Below the pieces are notes generated by a model. It was not told the origin of the DNA and did not search any database. It saw nothing but the letters and a program-made list of their open reading frames with translations. A program made the translations under genes and the position numbers. A stretch of DNA of 63,173 nt, counting the filler, from Stramenopiles sp. TOSAG23-3 (Eukaryota), in assembly GCA_900128585.1 (NCBI GenBank). It is 5 parts of 5 records of this genome, joined end to end, with 100 filler letters (N's around TTAATTAATTAA, not from the genome) between each part and the next. Parts side by side here need not be neighbours in the genome. Positions count along the whole stretch, not along the records: positions 1 to 28,243 come from LT642249.1; 4 more parts are not named here. The stretch is one strand, 5' to 3'. This document shows, piece after piece, positions 10,631-21,500 of the stretch; the first letter of the stretch is position 1; each line of letters begins with the position of its first letter.

Positions 10631-11398
10631 ATGTTGAGATCTGCTATGTTCCGCTCCAGCGCTGGAGTTGCCCGAGCGCAAGCCGTCGCACGCCCAGCTG
10701 CTTCTGCTAGTAAGTATTTGCATGCACATCTCCTTTTCACCCCTTCGTTCCCCGAAGCTTTTGCAAGCAAGAATGCGTTACTAACCCGACATTTTAATCC
10801 CTATTCAGCCCGGTTTAATTCAACGGCAAAAGACCACGGAGGTACTTACGACACAATATACGACGACGTACAAATCGAAAAAGGCGAATCGCGTCGTGCA
10901 TTTACATACTTAACCCTTGGGGGAGCCCGTTTCTTATACGCCACTGGCGCGCGTTTGGCTGCCATGAAGTTTGTGGCCTCTTGGAGTGCATCCGCAGATG
11001 TTCTTGCTCTTGCCGCCATGGAAATTGACATTTCCAAAATTGATCCAGCCACCTGTGTCACTGTCAAATGGCGTGGAAAACCTGTGTTCATCCGTAGTCG
11101 AACAGAGGAAGAAATTTCCGCAGCGGTCAATGTTGACATGTCAGAATTGAAAGACCCGGAAACCGATGAAGTCCGTCTTGCCGATCCATCCAGACCAGAA
11201 TGGCTTGTTGTTTTAGGAGTCTGCACCCACCTGGGTTGCGTACCATTGCCAAACCAAGGCAATTACAAAGGGTGGTTCTGCCCGTGCCACGGATCGCATT
11301 ACGATACGTCCGGCCGTATCCGCAAGGGTCCTGCACCATTAAACTTGGAGGTTCCACCAACCAAATTTCTTTCGGAAACCTTGTTGAAACTTGGTTAA
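10631..11398 (+). CDS. UQCRFS1: Cytochrome bc1 Rieske iron-sulfur subunit, with a probable 99-nt intron at 10710-10808
   Basis: CTHLGC and CPCHGS boxes, [26 protein letters not shown]; Arg/Ala/Ser-rich presequence; GTAAGT..TACTAAC..TTCAG intron. Confidence 0.97.
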   Translation: MLRSAMFRSSAGVARAQAVARPAASASKYLHAHLLFTPSFPEAFASKNALLTRHFNPYSARFNSTAKDHGGTYDTIYDDVQIEKGESRRAFTYLTLGGARFLYATGARLAAMKFVASWSASADVLALAAMEIDISKIDPATCVTVKWRGKPVFIRSRTEEEISAAVNVDMSELKDPETDEVRLADPSRPEWLVVLGVCTHLGCVPLPNQGNYKGWFCPCHGSHYDTSGRIRKGPAPLNLEVPPTKFLSETLLKLG

Positions 11399-12195
11399 TT
11401 GGTAATTAGATTGGAAAATAGCGAATGAAAATTGTAGACATGGGTTGTGTTTCCGTTTGGTCCTTTGCCGAGCAAACGGAGGTGTGATTTTGAATGTGTT
11501 TACATTAAATATATAATGAGTAATTTTATAAAGTAAAGTAAAGTGATTGGAAAATTATTATTTCCAACTATCTCGAACATATACTCGTATAAAATAATTG
11601 ATCTTCTTCTCCCTACTTTTCTTCTTCCTCCTCCGACTACCTGCTACCGGTACCTGCCCTTTTTTCATTCTATATAGGAACAACAAAACAGAATGCTGTG
11701 TCTATATATGAACCGAATACATTGAATACTTATGTGATATGTACTTGTTATATTCAATTTACACCATACAGCACAGAGTATCGTCAGTTACATCACCGTC
11801 GTCGTCTTCTCTGGCAAAAATGACGAAAAAAAAGAAGAAAGAAGAACGAAAGAAGCAAAAAAAATTAAACTGCTGCTTCTTCAGTTTCTTACATTGTTTT
11901 TTGTTGCTGTTGATGTTGTCAAAATAATAATAAAATAACTTCCCCCCAGCTATAATACCAACCATTCTTCACGGGTGGTACGATAGTTTCGCAACTTGCT
12001 GTCACTAATATTAGCTTCGCTCACTGTGATTTTACAGCGCTCAGGTTGCAAGGACGGTTGTTGTTCTCTTGCAGGAAAATTTCAGTCAGGCCGAGTCTGG
12101 TTGGTTCTAAACTTCAGCTGTTTTTTAATCTTCCAAACGGAGAATACGTAGAGCCTTTGTGATAGACTACGCTAATATTCTAGTAGTCCGGGAAT

Positions 12196-14541
12196 ATGGC
12201 GGACAACTCCCTCAGGACAATTTTTGATAAGTATGTCGACAGCGCAGGGATGCTTTCCGTTACCGCGTTTGTCAAAGCAATGGGTAAAGTGGACGATAGC
12301 CTGGCGGAAGACTCACTCATAACCCTTTTTGAAGCTGTGGATTACGACAACAACAAGTTCGTGGACTTTGACGAGTTTAGCTACATGTATTTTAACAGAC
12401 GAAAGCTTGGTCACAAGACGGAGGTGGAATACAAAGCTCAAAAAGACACGCTGCACAAACGAAGGACGACGCAGGCAAGGGAGTTGCTGGAAACGGCGCA
12501 AAAAGAGAAACTGGAAAAACACTTAAAGGAGTTCAAGGAGGAACAACGGAGAAAAGAACAGCTAAAAATAGACAACATGTACAGTAGAATAAAAAACAAA
12601 GCTGTTCCGCAAGTGGTGAAGCGAGATTTTGACTCAAGGAACGAAGGCATACTAGAGAGTTTGGCGAAAGATTTCGGGTACCCGTTGCCAATGATGTTGG
12701 ATCTGAAATCTGGCGACAAGGTCCTAGTGATTAAGAAAGGTCTTGGGCTGGCGTCGCAGAGCTGGTGCTCGGGCAAATTTCACGACCATAAAGGGGTGTT
12801 CCCGACTAACATTTTAGACAACAAAGCCATCTACAAGGAATTACACGCAAAGGCCGCCCACTACCATGAAAGGAAAGAGCGCCTGCGGGAATTGCAAAAA
12901 GAGAAAGATCGAAGAGAAATTGAGCTGGAAATGAAGGAGTGCACGTTTAAACCGAAGCTGAAACTACAGAAGAATAAAACGGTCAATTTGACCGCTGAGA
13001 TTATCGAACCTTTCACAGAAGAAGACATGGAAGATTTTGGCGACCAATTTGCCGACGAGGCCTCCGGGTTCAGACCGCACCCGTTGGTTGTTGCGGAGGG
13101 GCAGTTTGTAAATATTTTAAAACGCGAGTGTGGAAGAAACAAGGAATGGAATTTTGCGGAGCTTGGGGTCCAGCGCGGATTTTTCCCTAACCATTGCATA
13201 GACGCGCATGCACACGTGCATGCAATGCACAGCAACCATGAACATACAAAAAAGCAAATTCAAAAGTACAGGGCCCAGCGGGACAAAGAGTTCAAAAAGG
13301 ACCACCCGTTTCAACCGAACATAAACTCGAGCCGGCTCAGTCGGATACTGCCTAATGATTACAAAAAATCGCGAGAGCTACGGGAAGCGAAGCGAAGGCT
13401 TCAAAATCGGAAAGATATGGACAAAGAATTGACGTTTGTCCCTGCCACGTACTTGCCAGGAGACAGTTCCATCAGTGAGTACTGGGAGGCGCCCAACAAA
13501 GTGAATGGCAACGGCCGGAGCCAGTACGAGATACTGTTTGGCCAGAACCAAGCTGCCGAAGAAACAAGCCTTTTTAGGCAGTCGGAACTAGGGAATGTCG
13601 CTCACACCCAGGCGGAGGTGTTTCATAAGATTCCAAAAGTTGACGTCATCAGAGAATTCAAATGCTCACGCCCAGGGGCAATGGCCCAAATTTTGGTGCC
13701 AATGTTTGGCTTGGACCACCCGCCAGGGCTAGAACTTTCCGTAGGGGAAAGAGTCAGGGTCATCCAGCCATGGATAGGCAAAGACGGGGCGTGGGGCATG
13801 GGAAAGGTGGCAAGCACAACCGGGGTCTTCCCCATGTCTTGCATAACAAAGGCCGCTGGCCCCGGCAAAGGCAAAGCCAAAGGCAAAAAAAAACATGGGA
13901 AGTTGAAGACTGCATTGAAACGCACGGGGAATGGTACAAATTCAAGCAGGAAAACAAACAAAGTAAAATTTGTGAAGCCCAATCGCATTAGTCCCGTACG
14001 GCCCCTCAACAAGCAGAAAAGCAATGGTCCGACCAGTCCTCGAAACAAGAAAATTAACAAAAAGGCGTCTTTGACTCGCTCGCCTGTGAAGGTCCAGGGG
14101 CGCCATCGAAAGCAGAACGAAGAGCCCAAAACCGGCCAAACCAGCCGAAGCTTGCTTAAAAGCTCGTCGAAACGATTTTCAATTCCGCAAGCAGCCACTG
14201 GGACGAAAGGGGTGAGGCTTACAACGGAAGAAAAGAAGCGTTTCAAAGCGCTGCGGGTACGCGTCAAAGAGAGCCTGTTTAAACAGAAAAACAACGAACG
14301 GCGTCCCCACAAGTTATCAGTGGGGCCAAAGCCACACGAGCAGAAGAATGTTATCATGCACCGTCCAGATTTTATTGCGTGGTTGATATCCAACGATTTA
14401 ATCGAAACCGAAAACCGTCGGATAGTGGATTATTTTTTTGATAGTATTGCCGGTGATGGCCCCACCATCACGTTTCGGCTGGTCAAAAAATCTCTCAGCG
14501 ACGTTAAGATATCGTTGAAAAAGAAAACTTTGGCTTGGTAA
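12196..14541 (+). CDS. EF-hand plus three SH3-like domain protein with a basic C-terminal region
   Basis: EF-hand DYDNNKFVDFDEF; SH3-like LDLKSGDKVLV..WCSG..KGVFPTNIL, LVVAEGQFVNI..WNFA..RGFFPNHCI, LELSVGERVRV..WGMG..TGVFPMSCI. Confidence 0.8.
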   Translation: MADNSLRTIFDKYVDSAGMLSVTAFVKAMGKVDDSLAEDSLITLFEAVDYDNNKFVDFDEFSYMYFNRRKLGHKTEVEYKAQKDTLHKRRTTQARELLETAQKEKLEKHLKEFKEEQRRKEQLKIDNMYSRIKNKAVPQVVKRDFDSRNEGILESLAKDFGYPLPMMLDLKSGDKVLVIKKGLGLASQSWCSGKFHDHKGVFPTNILDNKAIYKELHAKAAHYHERKERLRELQKEKDRREIELEMKECTFKPKLKLQKNKTVNLTAEIIEPFTEEDMEDFGDQFADEASGFRPHPLVVAEGQFVNILKRECGRNKEWNFAELGVQRGFFPNHCIDAHAHVHAMHSNHEHTKKQIQKYRAQRDKEFKKDHPFQPNINSSRLSRILPNDYKKSRELREAKRRLQNRKDMDKELTFVPATYLPGDSSISEYWEAPNKVNGNGRSQYEILFGQNQAAEETSLFRQSELGNVAHTQAEVFHKIPKVDVIREFKCSRPGAMAQILVPMFGLDHPPGLELSVGERVRVIQPWIGKDGAWGMGKVASTTGVFPMSCITKAAGPGKGKAKGKKKHGKLKTALKRTGNGTNSSRKTNKVKFVKPNRISPVRPLNKQKSNGPTSPRNKKINKKASLTRSPVKVQGRHRKQNEEPKTGQTSRSLLKSSSKRFSIPQAATGTKGVRLTTEEKKRFKALRVRVKESLFKQKNNERRPHKLSVGPKPHEQKNVIMHRPDFIAWLISNDLIETENRRIVDYFFDSIAGDGPTITFRLVKKSLSDVKISLKKKTLAW

Positions 14542-14663
14542 ATAGACAGTGCGATGAATGTGAAATATGTTGAAAAAACTTCCCTTATTGTGTACGGGTT
14601 ATGTGTAATTAAAATAATGAAGTTAACTATGGGTCTTTTGACATCGACGCAATTCCACACAAT

Positions 14664-14866
14664 GATTCGGATCATGCATGGAGTACACACATGAGAATGA
14701 TTAGTCAAGACTCAAGTGACAGGTTAAATATTGATTACACACTAAAAACCACAACAGTGGAGATAAGTTCGCAGTACATGAAGTTTAATTACTTTTTAAA
14801 AATAATTTTTCGTATTTTTTAATAAATTTTACACTTTAAATAACAGCCAATTTTTTGTTTTTAAAA
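14664..14866. repeat. Dispersed non-coding repeat, locus A
   Basis: 14664-14712 matches the reverse complement of 26755-26801; AGATAAGTTCGCAGTA at 14761; TAACAGCCAATTTTTTGTTT at 14841-14860. Confidence 0.85.
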
Positions 14867-14896
14867 TTTTTAAAATTTAACTTTACTGGGAGTTAG

Positions 14897-16234
14897 CTAC
14901 TCTCTATCGCGCGGGTTGAACAGCAAAACGTCGCCGTCTACTGTCCCTGCTATTCTGTCATTTCCGCTTGGATCGAACAAAATATTTGTTACCGTACGCT
15001 GCATTTGGTGCTCCCAAGGCTGCACGGGCGTAATTATGGGCCTGCGGTTGAAAAAATTGTCGTAAACTTGGTGCGATTCGCACTTGTCAGAAACACACGG
15101 CCGGTTGCATCTAGTCCGCTGTGTGCCATCGAACTCGTTGCAGTTATTGTTCTTGGGGGGATCATAAATGTCTCCATTCCAAAAAAGAACGTTTCCTTTT
15201 CCTCCAGCCGTTGCAAGAACCTTTCCACCATACCCACTAGACCCCGGGCACCACTTCATTGCCGCAATAGTCCCAGTATACCGCTCGTTCTCGTGGCACT
15301 CTAAAGTGATGGGGAAATTCGGTTTGCGAATGTCCATTATTATTGGCGCACTGGAGTTGTTCTTTAAGGCTGCCAACAAGAAGTCAGGGCCGAACGCCAG
15401 CTTAATCACGGGTTCGTTCTTTTCGTAAATAAAATATTCCTCCGTAGCCCCGCTCGGGACTGGCGCCAACAGCTGCGTCAGGGACTCCTTCCCGCTTCTC
15501 TCGTCGTACAAATTGATGGACCCGTCTTCGTGCGCTGTGGCAAACAGCCCACGCTTGTTGTTGCAAAATTTTACGTCAAAAATCTTAACGAAGTTGTTCT
15601 CAAAGCCAGGAACTTGCCAGCCCTTTCTCGGCGACAAAACTGCTTTTTCAGCCCCTGCATTCAAATCATACATCACGCACTTCGCATCTCCACGGCATGC
15701 AATCAACTGGGACGGGTTTGCTCTGTTCCAATCCAAATTCGTGACCGGTGCCTCGCTTTCCCGTTTGTATTCTATATTGCACACCATCGGGGACTCCGAG
15801 TTGCCCGTATTCTCACAGAGGGAATAAATGGTTATACCAAGCTGTCCACTTGAAACAAATAGGTCTTTCCCCACGTCGTCCGGTCTCCACGCTAGAGCAG
15901 ACGGGGGGTATGAGTGAAAAATCGGGTCGCAGCACTCTTCGAATCCATCGCTTCCCGAACTGTTCGCACGTCTTCCCCGGTTTTTCTTTCCCCTGCCTGT
16001 CTTCGAGCGTTGGGCACCGCCTTGCGCCCCACGCCGTAAAATACGCACAAAATTTTCTTCTTGGTTGTAACATGATCCTACGGCAAACCTATCGTAGCCA
16101 CCACGAGCAGACCATGCAGCTGCGTATATAGGGAAGTCACCCTCCCATACGCAGAGTGTATCGCCCCCCTTTGCCTTCCCCGCCCGCCTGGCGCCACTTG
16201 CCTTCTCTTCGCTGATGCTTTTCGAGAACTGCAT
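14897..16234 (-). CDS. Divergent WD40-repeat protein, DCAF7/WDR68 (TTG1/AN11)-like
   Basis: IYAAAWS..RFAVGS..ENFVRIL, HSYPPSALAWRPD..DLFVSSG, APVTNLDWN, FATAHEDGSINLYDER, IMDIRKP; first ATG at 16234. Confidence 0.75.
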   Translation of the reverse strand: MQFSKSISEEKASGARRAGKAKGGDTLCVWEGDFPIYAAAWSARGGYDRFAVGSCYNQEENFVRILRRGAQGGAQRSKTGRGKKNRGRRANSSGSDGFEECCDPIFHSYPPSALAWRPDDVGKDLFVSSGQLGITIYSLCENTGNSESPMVCNIEYKRESEAPVTNLDWNRANPSQLIACRGDAKCVMYDLNAGAEKAVLSPRKGWQVPGFENNFVKIFDVKFCNNKRGLFATAHEDGSINLYDERSGKESLTQLLAPVPSGATEEYFIYEKNEPVIKLAFGPDFLLAALKNNSSAPIIMDIRKPNFPITLECHENERYTGTIAAMKWCPGSSGYGGKVLATAGGKGNVLFWNGDIYDPPKNNNCNEFDGTQRTRCNRPCVSDKCESHQVYDNFFNRRPIITPVQPWEHQMQRTVTNILFDPSGNDRIAGTVDGDVLLFNPRDRE

Positions 16235-16744
16235 CAGGGAAACGACACTCTTCGAACAATAGTAATAGACCAAGAAAATGAAAAAAGAATTGCACTTAAT
16301 CTATCCATCTACCTTACTATCATTCACTTTTGTGTCGACTTGTCGATACTCTTGTAAAAATAAAAAGATAACATCCAGCACACATTTTCTTTCGTTGTTT
16401 TCTTTTTATTATATGATGTGTGTGAAAATATATAATCCATCAATCTCAACCAACAATCACAATTATATTATTATTATTATTAATTAATTTTATTATTATA
16501 AAAAAAAACAAACAACCAACTCCTCCTCTTCCTATATTATTATTATTATTTGTTCTGCTTCTTCTCTCCTCCTACATCTCTTTTCCTCCTCTTCTTCTTC
16601 TTCTTCTTCTTCTTCTTATAATACACATTTTCTCTTTCTTCTTCTTTGATGCGCGGTCTGCTTACGACGATGATGCTGTATCTATATATATTAACAAAGA
16701 AAATTATAAATAAGAATATATATTATTCAATTCGAAGTACCCCC

Positions 16745-17494
16745 TTACGGATTGACACGCCTACTTACCCACATCAGATTCTTCTCTGCGTTTACACTAT
16801 TCTGTTCTTCACAAGTTGTTCCGCTGGGCCTTTCAATACCTATGGTGTCGATTTCTTTTCGGCTGTTTGTACTGTCCATGTTATCCGCCTTTGCTGCATC
16901 CACCAATTTATCAAATTGTGAATAGTTGCTGCGCAAATTTAAATATTTGACTTCTCTCGGGTATAGCAAGAGCAACAAGAAATTCGGTGGGGCGGGGAGA
17001 ACTTTATTTGTTTCTCCGTCTCGGCCACCTTTTGGTACACTTGCTGTTTCTTCGCTGCTGTATTCTTTCCCTGGCTGACTCCAAAAGAACTGTTCCCTTG
17101 CAGCATCACTTAAGTTACCCCATTGCTGTTTTCTAGCCTGCAATAAGTGTTCGTCCTCGTCGTTTTCTTTCACTAATTTCAATTTACCAAAAATGCGATA
17201 TTGTTCCGACGTTTTTGAAAACCACCAAACCATTTCGCAAAATGACTTATGGTCGACGATGTATTGTGCTTTTTCGCTACGAGCATCTGTTATCATTTTC
17301 AGTGCTTCGCTTCCATTCTTGGAGTCTGAAACAAAGCCCCTGAACACAACAGTTCTATTCCTCGGTTTATTGTCGGCATCAACAGTGGCAATCTGAACGT
17401 AGTTGCCGCCTCGAACTTTTCTTGATTTTGCAATGGAACGCGTTAAATTTTCTTTCCAGGTGCAGCATTGTGCATCCGATAGGATTGATGCCAT
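16745..17494 (-). CDS. Pyridoxamine 5'-phosphate oxidase-related FMN-binding split-barrel protein
   Basis: VQIATVD..PRNRTVVFRGF, ITDARSEK, EMVWWFSKTSEQYRI; first ATG at 17494. Confidence 0.88.
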   Translation of the reverse strand: MASILSDAQCCTWKENLTRSIAKSRKVRGGNYVQIATVDADNKPRNRTVVFRGFVSDSKNGSEALKMITDARSEKAQYIVDHKSFCEMVWWFSKTSEQYRIFGKLKLVKENDEDEHLLQARKQQWGNLSDAAREQFFWSQPGKEYSSEETASVPKGGRDGETNKVLPAPPNFLLLLLYPREVKYLNLRSNYSQFDKLVDAAKADNMDSTNSRKEIDTIGIERPSGTTCEEQNSVNAEKNLMWVSRRVNP

Positions 17495-18309
17495 ATTTGT
17501 TACAATGGTTGAATTTGAATCCACTGTAACGTGATCACTTAAACCAAGCAGAAATATATTGACAAATGTTTACAATTCTGGTCATCTGCGTACGATCTGT
17601 ATATACTCAACGAAGAACAATAAAATTATGTTCTTCGAACGACGAGAAGAGAAGACGAGAAGAAGAAGAGGAGAGAACAGAGAACAACAGAGAGAAGAGA
17701 GAGAAGAAAAAAAGAAGAAGAAGAAAGAAGAAGAAATATTTTGGCAATTTATACTTTTATTGTATTGTAAATTATAGATATCGTATTTATAAAGTATTAT
17801 TCAATAATAATATGATGACATCCTTTCAATATTATATTAATTTCACCTATTTATAATAAAATTATAAGTATGGCATAAATATTCTGTAGTTATAATACAC
17901 CATGCCTATTGTTGCATAATTGAGAAACTCAAATTATTTCATCTCCTTTTCCTATAGTTAACCATTAAAAATTCTAATCTGAACACCAATTTCATTCATC
18001 ATTTTCATAGCTAAGGAAGGACGAGTGAAAAAATCTTCTAATTCAAATGCACACGTTATAGGTCCTATTAAAATTCAATTACTAGAAGTATAGTTTTGTG
18101 TAATCTAAATAAAAATCAATATCGACGGTTATAAAAAGAATAGAGAAGTTAGTGCTATGTCTATATTATATTTGAAAATATTGTTTTTTTAAAAAGCGAT
18201 TTGGGATGAGGAGGTAGGTTAATTAATAGGGAATTAACATAGAAATAGTATCGTAGTAAGAAGGAAGGAAGGAGGATTTCTTTTTTTTTAATTTTTATTT
18301 TTTTAAGCC

Positions 18310-18342
<33 letters not shown>

Positions 18343-18589
18343 TAAAGCATTGGTAACTTATCGCTTTCCTTTTTTTTTATACAAAAAATTGACCCGTATG
18401 AACGATGTGAAATGATACAATGTACGCATGGTTTTGTTTTTCTCTAATTAGTTTTTTTTGTTCGAAAGAAAGAGATTGTTACACCAAAGGTATATATATA
18501 CGTGTTATATATATATATATATCGAGTGAGCTTCCGTAAATAGTTACTGGGCTGCTGTTAAAGTTCGGAAACGATAAAGGGGGTTGAGA

Positions 18590-21500
18590 ATGTCTACACA
18601 GCACGCACTTGCAGGAGGGAAACGGGGTGCAAACGCACTCAAAAAATGGATGAGCCATGCGCATTTGGTCCAGATACCGATACACGATGCAGTGCAAGGG
18701 AAAGAGGTCACTTATTTCGCCCTTCATATACACGAAGTGTTGAATTTTAAAGTGCCGGCCCCGGTGCAGAAGACTGCGTCGCCCGATGACCGATACGGCG
18801 TCCGCGTCAACCTGACCTTCTACGGTGCAAAGGCACTTTCATTTTTCGGAAACACGTACGAAGGGCCGATGATATTCTTTGACGAGCCTAGACCAGACAC
18901 CGTAGAAATCAATGAGTACCTGTACTTTTGTTCCCCAATTAGCGACAAAGACTGCTACGGCGTCATTGAGTTGCAGGCGATACACGAGAACTCCAAGACG
19001 GGCCACAAAACGGCGTACGCGGGCGGGTGGTCCACCATAAAATTGTTTTCCAACTTGAGCGATTTGGTGGACGTCGACGAAGAAGACAACTTAGACGAGG
19101 AAGTCGACGAGCTGTCCCTTTACCAAGGGAGTCCTAGAGGTTTGGTCTCCATGTCGCCAGAGGTCATCCGGAAAAAGTCGGGCTGGAAACAGTTTCGCGG
19201 GAGGCAACTGACGTACACGCTGCGCACGTTCAATAGGCTGGAGAAGGTATCGCACTTGTTCAAAATGCACAACATCATTGGGTCCATGGAACGGGTTGGC
19301 GGGGTAGAGTCCGTGGAAGGCCCTGACGGCCGGGACGGCCCCTATCTTATGAACGAAAACGACGCATCAGCTCCCGCCAACCCGGAGCTAGCGATAGTCA
19401 TGGAACTGGAAGTCAAGGACATTGTTGTTAAAATCCCGAAGATTGTGGACCAAGGGATTGAGAATGCACTGAAAAAGGTGAAATCCAGAGGGAAAGACGG
19501 GAACCGCGTCGAACGGTCCCTTCGCATAGGGCTTCACAATGGGCACACCCTTGTAGAGCCGCAATCAAGCCGTGGCAGGCGGGGACGTGGGGACTGGAAA
19601 GACGGGTGGAGCCAAGTTGAACTGTCCAAATCGCGCAAATCGCCAGAGGGTATCTACCGCGCGGATGGTGTCATCATACCGCACTACTGCAAGGACAGCT
19701 CCATGGCCCTCGTCGTAGAGCTGGTATATAGCATTGGGGGCGGGCACGAAGCGGTCGTCGCTACGTCGATGCTCGTCCCTTTCGATGGGAGTAGATATTT
19801 AGACGGGATCAGCACGACCACCTCTCGAAAGAAGAACGGCGCGCTGATCTACTCGCCCATGGTTCGGGGGAGTGTCATCAGCCCGAACGGGTTTACTGGC
19901 GGGGTGTCGGCAAGCAGAGCCGGTCCCGACGGGGGCACGTCCTTGCCCTTGTTGACCATTGGCATGGTTGTAGACGAGCCGGATGATGTCCTTGAAGAGC
20001 AGCGAAGGAAGGCAAAAGAAAAGTCAAAGCTGCGTAAGGAGCACGAGTCAAGGTTGGAAGAGGATGAATCCGAAGTCGCCCGTAGAAAAAAATTAGAGTC
20101 AGTCGAAAAGAAACGAAAAGGGTCGGCGAAAGATGGCAAAGGTGCGAGAGCGCAGAAAAAGAAGAAGAAATATTCGAGCGATTCGGACGAAGAGAACGAC
20201 AGTATATTCAAGAAGGGCAAAAGGGGCCAGAAACGGTCCAGCCGATACGGCGGCAGTGACGCCGAAAAAGAGGATAGAACGCTTCAATCAAAATCGAACG
20301 TATTGGGTGGCGAGGCGGTCGTGTCTGGGTTGCCTCGTGGGTCGAACGACGTCCTGATGCGGTCGCTGCTGGCACAATCGCTGAAGCAGCCATTGCGCAA
20401 GCCTGGGATGAATGGGGTGGGGGAAGTTACCGCTGCAACTGGGGCATACTACCCCGGCGCAGCTGCAGTCATTGGCGGTCAGACCCCTTTGGCAACTGAA
20501 TTGACGCGCGCCTCCAAGACATTTTTGAGTCGAAATGGCTACACCGATGTCCTTTCAGATTCTGTTTCTTCGGCCGCCGCTGTTCGACGTGTACCGCTTC
20601 CGTCTAGGAGGAAGATCGATCTAGACGTTGAGTTGAGCGATCCCCTTGCGGGCCACGAAGTAACGTTTCAGTTTGCCGCGTTCCGATCCGTCGAGGGCCT
20701 CAACATCTCGCAGCCGCGCTCGGTGTACTTTACATTTCAGTTCTTCAACAACCTTCCCACACGCACCGAGCGCATGGTGCTTGCAGCAAACGGCGACAAA
20801 TTCTTGAACCGCAGGGCGTCCGGGTCAATGTCCCTTCCACAAATCCTGCTGCGCGAAGATCGACATGGCCGCAATGTCCCAAGTCTCGCGATCAAGTACA
20901 ATGTTGACACCAGCACAATTCCAGGGGAGACGCGGGATTTTGCAGAATATCTTGCAATGAAGACGCTGTTTATTGAGGTCTGGGACGGAGAATCTTTGCA
21001 CCAGGTTGGTACGATTGCCGTAGAAATGCAGCAACTGTTGCGCCAAGGGGAACCCGTTGTCAAGACAGCGTTGGAGTACGACGTCATCTCTTCGAACATC
21101 GAAGGAGACAGCACCAGTGCCCTTCCAATTATCCAGGCCCGTTCGGTTCCAGCCGGTCGAGTCGCGGGCCGTGTCCAGCTTCTCATTTCCAACTACGGTG
21201 TTCCGGGGGCTGGCCCATTCACGGAAGTTGGAGCAAGTAATGCCGCCATGAAAGGCAATGCTGCGCCAGGAAGGCAATTTCTGAGCAAATCTCAAGGTGA
21301 CCGCGATTGGCGCGTAGGTGCAAGGACGGGCAACGACACCGTGGGGAATTCTGCTGGAAGTGCGAGGCATCGTGCACGAGCCGTACCGCTTGCCTCCACA
21401 AACCCCGAACTAAAGTCGATTCTGACAAGCCGGGTTGGTCGGTCGCTGGATGTAGGCAGCGGAGAGCGCACCACGTCCGTTGCACGCCGAAAGAAATCGA

